Shown: positions 56,874 to 64,000 of the stretch, piece by piece
Numbering within the stretch: position 1 is the first letter of the stretch
Layout: every line of letters starts with the position of its first letter
IMG/VR virus record: IMGVR_UViG_3300020430_000008
Coordinates: 77,218-141,217 of that record
Direction: 5' to 3' (one strand)
Source: a virus
Length of the DNA: 64,000 bases
The notes under the pieces: model-generated
What the model saw: the letters and a program-made list of their open reading frames with translations, nothing else
Told to the model about the DNA's origin: nothing
The model's database searches: none
Translations under genes and position numbers: made by a program

Positions 56874-58011
56874 TGGTAAGTGCTCTCTTTAAACTTTCTT
56901 CAAGCAACTTGTGACGAAGCGACTCTTCAAGGCTACGACGTTCGGGTCTTTGATAAGCCGCAGGATTTTTGAGACACTTCTTGTATTCGCCCATGGACGC
57001 ACCATCGGGAACCTTCTCGTCACACAGAGGATCTGCCTTAATGCCCTGCTCAAGCCAGTGCGGTGGCAAGCTCTTGCCTTCTCTAAATCCGATGGGTCGC
57101 TTGGGCTCTTCTTCTGGTGGCGCAAGACCAAGTGTCTCAGCAGCCAAGGTGAGAGCATCTACTGCATCGTTGTGTTCCACTCCTTGAAGTAGGTTAACGA
57201 TGTCCATAGCAAGGGACTCCACATCCACCATGCCGGCTTCTTCCTCACCGGGAAGGGGCTGACCCCAATTGCCACCGGGCTCCAGTTGTACGTCATCCTC
57301 GTTGAGTTGATTACGCACCTCGCCGATGAACTTTCTAAGACCAGCTTTCGTAATCTTGCCTTCGCCGTATGCTAGGTTGGCAGAACCTACAGCACTACTA
57401 GCCCTCCCGTGGGGAACTTTCTCTTTCTTGTCGCCGACCCATCGTGGACCGTCCACTTTGCCCTTGCCCCACCAAGACCTCGCGTCTGCCGCTGCTTGCT
57501 CTTTCTCATACGCTGCTTCGCGCTCCTTAGCCATCTTGTTCTTGTATCGAATGCTCAAAATTTCTTCGGCTTTCCCAATCTCTTCTCCAATGTCACGCAG
57601 CTTGTTGGCGATAATACCTCTAGCTTCATCGCCCTTGGGAGTTCGACGCATGCCTGTAAAATGTTGATACATGATATTAGCTCCTGCTTCGCCTCGCCCT
57701 TGCATCATTAACTCTTTTGCTTCTGCAAAGTCTTTCTCTGGCAATCCGGCTCTCATAAACAGTCCACCGATTCTGTCAACGAAATCGCTAACAGCCTGAA
57801 CCGGATCGTCTTCATAATCTAGATCTAGCCCGTAGTCGCCGGTTGCTTCTTCAAGCGCCCTTGCAACTTGCATTAGCAATGAGTCAATCCTCTTTGTCTC
57901 TCCGGTTTCAAAGCCCATCTTATGACCCATCTTTCCGAAGAAGCCTTCGTCAACCATCTGCTGGATTTCTTCGTTGACCATTTTTGTCAACTGTGTTTTA
58001 CTGATTTTCAT
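56857..58011 (-). CDS. Hypothetical protein with MKISKTQLTKMVNEE leader
   Basis: Start refined using the AGGAG RBS and upstream CTATTTAT motif. Confidence 0.7.
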   Translation of the reverse strand: MKISKTQLTKMVNEEIQQMVDEGFFGKMGHKMGFETGETKRIDSLLMQVARALEEATGDYGLDLDYEDDPVQAVSDFVDRIGGLFMRAGLPEKDFAEAKELMMQGRGEAGANIMYQHFTGMRRTPKGDEARGIIANKLRDIGEEIGKAEEILSIRYKNKMAKEREAAYEKEQAAADARSWWGKGKVDGPRWVGDKKEKVPHGRASSAVGSANLAYGEGKITKAGLRKFIGEVRNQLNEDDVQLEPGGNWGQPLPGEEEAGMVDVESLAMDIVNLLQGVEHNDAVDALTLAAETLGLAPPEEEPKRPIGFREGKSLPPHWLEQGIKADPLCDEKVPDGASMGEYKKCLKNPAAYQRPERRSLEESLRHKLLEESLKRALTNALKK

Positions 58012-58141
58012 GTGTGGTATTCTCCTATCGCGCAACACCTGTACCCTATAAATAGCTACGAGAATGGATAAAAGTATTGCTAGTTCGTAAAAATACAAAC
58101 TCGCTATTAAATGTCAAAAGTTTGTGACAAAGTTTAGCTAA

Positions 58142-58429
58142 TCAGTGATAAGGCAACCTAAGAATTCGTTTAGGATCTACTCGTATGACATCGCCATTGA
58201 TTGTTTGCACCACAACACGCCCCTGCTCGTCAGTGCCATATTTTGGCGCTTCCAAAATCTCTGTTCCGTTTGGTACTTTGATCATTGTTCTCTTGTTTAT
58301 CTCGTAGTACCATTCGCTGCCTTCGCCGTGAAGCGAACATGTTACTTGCGGTGCTGCTGCTCTAAGCGAACTAAGCAAAGTGTCTAAAGCTCCTGAAAGG
58401 CTCGACGATAAATTAGATGTACTTGTCAT
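58142..58429 (-). CDS. Hypothetical small beta-rich protein
   Basis: AAGGAG RBS. Confidence 0.55.
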   Translation of the reverse strand: MTSTSNLSSSLSGALDTLLSSLRAAAPQVTCSLHGEGSEWYYEINKRTMIKVPNGTEILEAPKYGTDEQGRVVVQTINGDVIRVDPKRILRLPYH

Positions 58430-58450
58430 GAGAAGTCTCCTTATAATGAA

Positions 58451-58777
58451 CTAGTCTGGTTCCACGATTTTAATATCAATCCGTTCAGGCACTTCTGGCG
58501 AGTTTATCAAAATCATTTCACTCTCTGAGTAAATATAATCGAGCCCTTCTATTCTCACAACATATGCTGGTTCTAAAAGATATCCGTCATCTTGTGTCTC
58601 ACGATACAACCAGTTTTCTATTATTGCTTGCGCCATAGAATCCAAGCGCCACGGATCAGCACCACTGATGATTAAACCAATCTTATCGTGGTTTTCATCA
58701 GCGCCGTATGTATTAATGCGAACTAGTGATCCTACTAAGAATACACCAATCTCGCTATCGAAATAGCGTGGACTCAT
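58451..58777 (-). CDS. Small SH3/KOW-like protein
   Basis: FLVGSLVRI...IGLII...YVV...YSESEM. Confidence 0.55.
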   Translation of the reverse strand: MSPRYFDSEIGVFLVGSLVRINTYGADENHDKIGLIISGADPWRLDSMAQAIIENWLYRETQDDGYLLEPAYVVRIEGLDYIYSESEMILINSPEVPERIDIKIVEPD

Positions 58778-58783
58778 TTTTTA

Positions 58784-59845
58784 TTACATACCTGTATCGC
58801 CAGTGTCCGCACCCGCACCACCATTTTGGTGAGGGTCGTCAGGGTCATAGTGGTATGCCACGTCTACATGATCGTGCGCTGCAGGAATCACAGTGAAGTG
58901 TACAGCATTGTCTGTAGAATCGTAGTGCCAGTCCCAGTTCAAGGCACCATTAATAAAGACACGCATGGTATCTTCTTGAACAGGGACATATGTTAACTCA
59001 ATCTTTTCAAAAGGCTCAACGTTTGATGTAGCATCAGTAACACCGGGAGCCCAATCCTCTGAACAAATATCGACAACGACACCGCCAAAGAAGTTTGTTG
59101 CTTCCATATATCTTTCCCCAATGTCAATGGGGTTGACTGTAAAGTCGCAGACAGACTCCGTAGAATCTACATTGACAATGCTGGACATAAAGGCAGACCC
59201 ACCGCGTTGGCTGGACAGCCAACTAGTCCAGTCCAATACGTCAATCATGTGCTGGTTGCTTTGCTCTTCCTCGTCAGATACGAACACGACCAGTAAAGCA
59301 GCGTCAGGGCGCAGCCACGTTGTGGCGTAGGGGTTATTGACCAAATATTCGTAAGCCGCGTCAAAGCCCTCTTCAAAGGGTCCACGATGCATGTTGTTGT
59401 ACATGTCCATTGCGTCAACAATGTCGTCACCCGGTACAAGAGGGAACTGTGCCTCTAGGACGGACTTTGCAGGGTCATTGCTCATCATAGCCAAGCGCCA
59501 GCCAGACTCAGGCAGAGCTTCAATCATTGCTTCAATGCCAAGCAGCAATTGCGCGTCATAACGATGCATGGACCCTGATGTGTCGATAACCCAAAGAATA
59601 TCAACACCATCCACAGAAGCAACCTGAGTGTCAGAGTCAACCCAGATCTCACCGTACTCAGTCTCACCCGGTACTTCTACTTCAATATATACAGGAACTT
59701 CTACTTCCTCTACTACAGTCTCAGTAATATAGACTGTTTCAGTCTCGCCTTCTCCTTGACCATGAACGACATAATCAATTCCATTGTGGCACGCACTCAA
59801 CGTTGTTGCGATTGCTGTGATTAAAACAAGTAACCTTTTCATCAC
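58784..59845 (-). CDS. vWA-domain lipoprotein
   Basis: Lipobox LSAC, MIDAS DILWVIDTSGSM, LR.DA.L.VVFVSDEEEQS, C-terminal DTGDTG. Confidence 0.85.
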   Translation of the reverse strand: MMKRLLVLITAIATTLSACHNGIDYVVHGQGEGETETVYITETVVEEVEVPVYIEVEVPGETEYGEIWVDSDTQVASVDGVDILWVIDTSGSMHRYDAQLLLGIEAMIEALPESGWRLAMMSNDPAKSVLEAQFPLVPGDDIVDAMDMYNNMHRGPFEEGFDAAYEYLVNNPYATTWLRPDAALLVVFVSDEEEQSNQHMIDVLDWTSWLSSQRGGSAFMSSIVNVDSTESVCDFTVNPIDIGERYMEATNFFGGVVVDICSEDWAPGVTDATSNVEPFEKIELTYVPVQEDTMRVFINGALNWDWHYDSTDNAVHFTVIPAAHDHVDVAYHYDPDDPHQNGGAGADTGDTGM

Positions 59846-59872
59846 CTGTCACCTCCCGTATATTATTTTATT

Positions 59873-60667
59873 TTATTCTTGCCCTCTCTCCCTGAGATGA
59901 CGTTTAATCTCTTTCTTGCTGATATCCCAAGCGGGTGCAATCCATACCATATCTTCGACCAACTGCGGTGGGACTTGATAACTCCAAACCCCAATGTCTA
60001 CAGCCTTGACGACCCCAATGAATCGTCCTCTCATGTCAAAGATACCTGAACCAGATGAACCTGGCCAAGCATATGAGTGCATAACGAGATTGCCTTCTTC
60101 TTCTGAGGCAATAACTCCGTCAATAGTTAATAAATCGTGGTGAGATGGGAATCCGGTATACGTGACTTCGGTTCCAACCATATCATCAATGTCTTCGTGT
60201 CCGCGTGGTCTGTACGGCATGGGCTCGCGTGAGTTCATTTCAGGCACAAGCACGATTGCCATGTCAACGTTTGTCGCTGTGAGGATAGTTGTACCAAACA
60301 CAGTCTCCCCATTGCGTCCAGCGACTTGGACAACAGGCATGCCATTAATGACATGCGCAGCAGTAAATACTAGGTAGTGACCGTCTACCTCAAATAGCGT
60401 ACCGGAGCCACGTCCCAATGGAGTGATAACCTCGACGGCAGCGTTACGGACTTGACGACGCACACGGGCGGCGCTTGTCTGAGCGATGGTAGCCTCAAGA
60501 CCTTCTTGCGAAGCATTTGCATTATGAAGGAATGGGCTTAGAAAACTTTGCGCTTGTTCAGGGACTTCAATGTCAGTGACATGAACCCCGTTATAAGCAC
60601 CGACGCCCAGCGCAACGGCGGTGATTGTTAAGGTGCCAGCCAACACCATCTTTAACTTGTTTAGCAT
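59873..60667 (-). CDS. Trypsin-like serine protease with signal anchor
   Basis: GSG, TAAHV, D, PGSSGSG. Confidence 0.9.
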   Translation of the reverse strand: MLNKLKMVLAGTLTITAVALGVGAYNGVHVTDIEVPEQAQSFLSPFLHNANASQEGLEATIAQTSAARVRRQVRNAAVEVITPLGRGSGTLFEVDGHYLVFTAAHVINGMPVVQVAGRNGETVFGTTILTATNVDMAIVLVPEMNSREPMPYRPRGHEDIDDMVGTEVTYTGFPSHHDLLTIDGVIASEEEGNLVMHSYAWPGSSGSGIFDMRGRFIGVVKAVDIGVWSYQVPPQLVEDMVWIAPAWDISKKEIKRHLRERGQE

Positions 60668-60790
60668 GCATAAGACCTCCCAGTAAAACTAACACCCTCA
60701 GTAGTAACTATGGGCGCGGGCAGGTAAACACGGCGAGGATCGAAATTTTTTTTATTTTTTCGCGAAAACTTTTCCCTAAATTTTCTCTTT

Positions 60791-61087
60791 CTATATTAAA
60801 GACTTTGACTTAGGACATTCGTAGTAAGTGAAGTCACCTTCCTCTATAGACATCATTAGTGTATGCTCGGGATACTCCCTTGGATGCCAAATCGACGAGA
60901 GTGAACGTGGGTCTATGGGAGGGAACCATACGATCTCCCACACAAACAAGGGAGAAGGGTTGTACATATCACCAATCATGCGACGACGGGAAAGCAATAT
61001 CCCACGTTCGCCAGATATTGCATCGATTACCATGTCACCCGGCGCAAAGTGGTACTTGTCTATCAGTCGTCGTACATCGGTACCCAT
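60791..61087 (-). CDS. Small SH3/KOW-like protein
   Basis: FAPGDMVID...GILL...WEIVW. Confidence 0.55.
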   Translation of the reverse strand: MGTDVRRLIDKYHFAPGDMVIDAISGERGILLSRRRMIGDMYNPSPLFVWEIVWFPPIDPRSLSSIWHPREYPEHTLMMSIEEGDFTYYECPKSKSLI

Positions 61088-61108
61088 GTGAATAAATAGA
61101 ATGAAAAT

Positions 61109-61402
61109 TCAAACTTTGCTAATCACAAATATATCGCAGTGCTGTTCGCGACGTAGCCCAATGCCACCAGTCCAGTAAACATCGTAGATAAATCGATGGG
61201 GCATATACATCTCAGAATCGATAACGTAGTCTTCTCCAGTGCGTACACGTACTATGATGCCAACCATCCATGGTTTCATACCAATGGCATAGTAAGCGGA
61301 ATGTGCGCCTGCCATAGAGAAAGCTTCATCCTTATCATAGCGATAGAATAAATCTTCACTAAGCTTTACCAAGTCTCCGACTGAAAAATAATCTATACCC
61401 AC
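61109..61402 (-). CDS. Small SH3/KOW-like protein
   Basis: FSVGDLVKL...VGIIV...YDVYW. Confidence 0.6.
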   Translation of the reverse strand: MGIDYFSVGDLVKLSEDLFYRYDKDEAFSMAGAHSAYYAIGMKPWMVGIIVRVRTGEDYVIDSEMYMPHRFIYDVYWTGGIGLRREQHCDIFVISKV

Positions 61403-61416
61403 ATAAGTACATAGAA

Positions 61417-61755
61417 CTACTCGGGGTGTAAAGACATGTCTCGATACGCGCGCGCCGCGTCGTTGGCATACATTCCGTCAGCACTACCGGTCATACGCAG
61501 CGACAAGTACCGGTATAGCTTGCGAATAAATGGCCATGACTGAGATTCATCCTCGAACTCCCATATGAGCGCTACGCTTGCCGCAGTCTTCGCCTCGTTC
61601 AAATATTGCAACTCCGTATCTACGTTTACCAACTTATATTTGTTGTGTATCTTCTTTCTATTAGCAAACCTCTCCGCTAGCTGCTTTATTTTTTCTACGT
61701 CTTCAATGTCTCCAGCATACTGTAGGGTGTGCTTGGTATTCTTTCTGGTACTCAT
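61417..61755 (-). CDS. Hypothetical protein
   Basis: GAGG RBS behind a sigma70-type promoter. Confidence 0.6.
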   Translation of the reverse strand: MSTRKNTKHTLQYAGDIEDVEKIKQLAERFANRKKIHNKYKLVNVDTELQYLNEAKTAASVALIWEFEDESQSWPFIRKLYRYLSLRMTGSADGMYANDAARAYRDMSLHPE

Positions 61756-61778
61756 GTGTCCTCGGCTATATATCGGCT

Positions 61779-61807
61779 ATCATATCGCACTATGCCGCTT
61801 GTGTCAA
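61779..61807 (-). promoter_or_regulatory. Sigma70-type promoter
   Basis: TTGACA-17 nt-TATGAT. Confidence 0.7.
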
Positions 61808-62004
61808 ATGTTTTTGCTCTTCGCCTCGCACCAGTAACTAGTTTTTTAGGTTTTTTAATTTGTGAAAATTTCGGAGCGATCACGAAAGCGTATCTAGCGC
61901 AGCGTATACAATAGTATACGGTGGTACATAGATCCCGGCGCAGGGGGGGAGGGGGGCAGTAGCCGTCTTTTTGTAACATTTAATGCGACAGCATAATGCA
62001 GGTT

Positions 62005-62202
62005 CTACCTACTCTTTCTCTTATTGTATACATTATAATGATACACTAACATGTTTGCATACAGTCCGCCGAGTAGTAGCAAGTACCCTGCGCATAAGGG
62101 AGGAACAAGCAGGACTTTCGCTGGGTTGTCCCTTACCTTGCGTAGTCTCTCCTTAATACTCTCTAACAATATATTTTCTTTATCCTCGTCCATGTTTCTC
62201 AT
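62005..62202 (-). CDS. Small membrane protein
   Basis: GAGG RBS, one hydrophobic helix. Confidence 0.5.
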   Translation of the reverse strand: MRNMDEDKENILLESIKERLRKVRDNPAKVLLVPPLCAGYLLLLGGLYANMLVYHYNVYNKRKSR

Positions 62203-62270
62203 TCCTCGGTAACGTAGGTTACACCTGCCATATCGTTGTCACATTAAATAGTATCACCCTCGGCACACAC

Positions 62271-62515
62271 TTATCCACCGCGCCGTATCAAAACATATAC
62301 GGACATAAAATGACTTGACAGCCTAACCGGACACATTCTGTCCTTGACAGCCATTGTCACACAATCGTTGCTTGACATACGCAGCGTACATACCCTTAGC
62401 ACACACGCCTAATAACCTACTTTCTTCCTCCTTTAATACAGACGTATCAAAATGTATACGTTACTAAACAGAACGATCCACTATGCACCACTATGATCCA
62501 CAATGATACACTTTG
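62271..62515. repeat. Non-coding repeat cluster (3 x ~28 bp, 4 x 10 bp, 2 x 18 bp)
   Basis: CTTGACA units at 62314, 62343, 62371; GATCCACTAT-like x4 at 62475-62514; CGTATCAAAAYRTATACG at 62284 and 62443. Confidence 0.7.
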
Positions 62516-62523
62516 TGCATACG

Positions 62524-62850
62524 TCACAATACATGTAGCCTTACATTAGGAACCTCTATACGTTTGAACCTCTGTAGCATACCCCTTGCATGCTTCTCGC
62601 ATGAAGGCAGTATCAAATGTTTCTCTTCAAACTTTATTATTCCATTCTCTAGTGTCGCATGAACACGTACGACAGAATGAGTAGGCTTGCGCTGACACTG
62701 ACCAGCAGTACACTGACGATAACTCCGCTTCTTACTGCTCTTTCGTCTTTTCTTTTTCTTAGCCTCAGCAGCAATCTGTTTAGCGAACGCCTCTGCTTCC
62801 TTCGCAGACAGTGTATCGTCAATCTCTTTTATTTCATCATCGTCAAACAT
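62524..62850 (-). CDS. Small zinc-finger-like protein
   Basis: CxxxxC ... CxxH. Confidence 0.55.
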   Translation of the reverse strand: MFDDDEIKEIDDTLSAKEAEAFAKQIAAEAKKKKRRKSSKKRSYRQCTAGQCQRKPTHSVVRVHATLENGIIKFEEKHLILPSCEKHARGMLQRFKRIEVPNVRLHVL

Positions 62851-63104
62851 TACTTATCTCCGTAGCCAAACAGTAGATCGGTGCGGTTCTCTGACAATGC
62901 GACCTTAATAATATTCGGACAAGTGACCTCATGACTACCGGGAACGATAGCGACGAGAAACCAGCTTGAAGGCAGCTTACGAGCAATCGACGTGAACGCC
63001 GGTCCTCTGTCATGCCCTGCCGTCACAACCTTACTCACTACATTCATACCAGTCTCGCCATGCTCAAAGGCTACAGCGGTCCAACACTTTTCTGACATTA
63101 CCAT
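62850..63104 (-). CDS. Hypothetical protein
   Basis: Coupled small ORF. Confidence 0.55.
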   Translation of the reverse strand: MVMSEKCWTAVAFEHGETGMNVVSKVVTAGHDRGPAFTSIARKLPSSWFLVAIVPGSHEVTCPNIIKVALSENRTDLLFGYGDK

Positions 63105-63232
63105 TTACTCCATACAAATAAAATACTAACTGACAATACGACACCTACATTACCCATCAACTGATAAGCAAGAAAGACCCCTGACAATGCGGCTATCGAG
63201 GTAAACAATTTATCCTTCTCTTTCCTCGTCAT
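63098..63232 (-). CDS. Small membrane protein
   Basis: MTRKEKDK... with a GGAGG RBS; two short hydrophobic segments. Confidence 0.5.
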   Translation of the reverse strand: MTRKEKDKLFTSIAALSGVFLAYQLMGNVGVVLSVSILFVWSKW

Positions 63233-63491
63233 TGTCCTCTTTCGCCTTACGCTTTGAAGGGTCGAACATTCTAACATTATCTTTTGGTCCCTCACCATTG
63301 AAGTACCAATCGTAAACCTCTGAGATGAAACCAAATGCCTCATCGAAAACGCACTTTGAAAGCGCAGGATTGTTGTCAATGGTTGCCATCATTTCGACAA
63401 CCTCTTCCCACGCTCCCTCATGATAATAATCTCTGATCGTCTGTACTATCATCGAGCACAACAGATCGTCAGTGACCTCGCTCATACTCAT
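63210..63491 (-). CDS. Acidic hypothetical protein
   Basis: ATGA-coupled 93-aa ORF. Confidence 0.55.
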   Translation of the reverse strand: MSMSEVTDDLLCSMIVQTIRDYYHEGAWEEVVEMMATIDNNPALSKCVFDEAFGFISEVYDWYFNGEGPKDNVRMFDPSKRKAKEDNDEEREG

Positions 63492-64000
63492 CGACGCACC
63501 TTAATATGACGTTCCTCCACAGTGATAGGCTTGACCGAGCCGATGGGCAGAACTTTATATGTACGGTTGCCCTTGCACGCAGACTTGATAATCTCGTCCG
63601 TCTTAAGGACCACACCGCCGACCTTGAGAGCGCGTCGGACGCTCATAGGCGTTGTGCCTCCGCGAGCCTGCACAGTCGCTCCAACGTCAAATGCGGGCGC
63701 TGTAGCATAGCCAGCGAGCACCTTGAGTGCATACTTGTTGTTGGTCAACGCATCGAATTGCTTCTTGGTAGGAATAAAATCGGTATCATTGAGCACACGA
63801 TCAACAAGATCGCCAAAGTATGACGTACCGTTGTAGTAGTTCGCCACCTGAATCATTCGGGCACGCTCGTCCTCGCCATAGCTAGAAGCGAAAGAACGAG
63901 CCGCCGCAAGTGCTGAATCACTATAACGCCCCTCGATCTTGGTAAGGATCTCAAGCTGACGCGGTGACAGCCGGTGACCGTTGGCGTTCTGACCTTGAAC
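63488..64000 (-). CDS. Hypothetical protein, 5' end outside the window; C-terminal SH3/KOW-like domain
   Basis: Frame is open to position 64000 (VQGQNANGHRLSPRQLEIL...); FDVGATV...GGVV...YKV. Confidence 0.65.
   Translation of the reverse strand, partial: VQGQNANGHRLSPRQLEILTKIEGRYSDSALAAARSFASSYGEDERARMIQVANYYNGTSYFGDLVDRVLNDTDFIPTKKQFDALTNNKYALKVLAGYATAPAFDVGATVQARGGTTPMSVRRALKVGGVVLKTDEIIKSACKGNRTYKVLPIGSVKPITVEERHIKVRR

Noticed and set aside
61752-61979. 75-aa minus-strand ORF
   Set aside because: It spans a promoter, T-tracts and a G-run, has no RBS, and is probably non-coding
31887-62253. T4-type TATAAATA late promoters on the plus strand
   Set aside because: They would point away from the adjacent genes; the motif follows gene orientation as CTATTTA
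62300-62383. Mini CRISPR array
   Set aside because: Units are adjacent degenerate tandem copies without unique spacers
65-63823. The many plus-strand ORFs in the track (e.g. 65-766, 6114-6830)
   Set aside because: They are antisense shadows of well-supported minus-strand genes, with no RBS and no recognisable motifs
1-64000. Genome-wide stop-codon reassignment
   Set aside because: TAA, TAG and TGA all end conserved genes and coding density is high under code 11; only one in-frame UGA was found

Overview
This window is a segment of a large, probably tailed (T4-like/jumbo) bacteriophage genome with almost every gene on the minus strand. It is not bacterial chromosome. Left to right: (1) 1-8.6 kb, tail/baseplate genes, including a gp5-like spike and a 1422-aa OB-fold + amidase + M23 virion lysin; (2) a gp55-like late sigma factor and an FmdB zinc ribbon; (3) 10.4-28.2 kb, a ~20-gene glycan island (gmd, DegT aminotransferase, HAD/nucleotidyltransferase, GT2/GT4/GT10, sulfotransferases, methyltransferase); (4) 28-44 kb, auxiliary genes (PD-(D/E)XK nuclease, PIN-PhoH, TlpA-like thioredoxins, LpxH-like, Nudix, kinase, FKBP) with tRNA-Arg(UCU), an atypical class-II-shaped tRNA with an Asn anticodon, and tmRNA; (5) 36-58 kb, unrelated proteins that share short leader motifs (ENWR-type and LxxxIxEE-type) resembling capsid-targeting propeptides; (6) 58-64 kb, exported proteins, small SH3/KOW-like genes and a repeat-rich origin- or terminus-like spacer. 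The best unexplained signals are an unannotated gene with an in-frame UGA followed by a SECIS-like hairpin (possible phage selenoprotein), a ~195-nt multi-stem pseudoknotted ncRNA candidate beside tmRNA, the leader-tagged cargo/polyprotein system, and the chimeric tRNA. All product calls come from motif recognition by eye; no database search was run.
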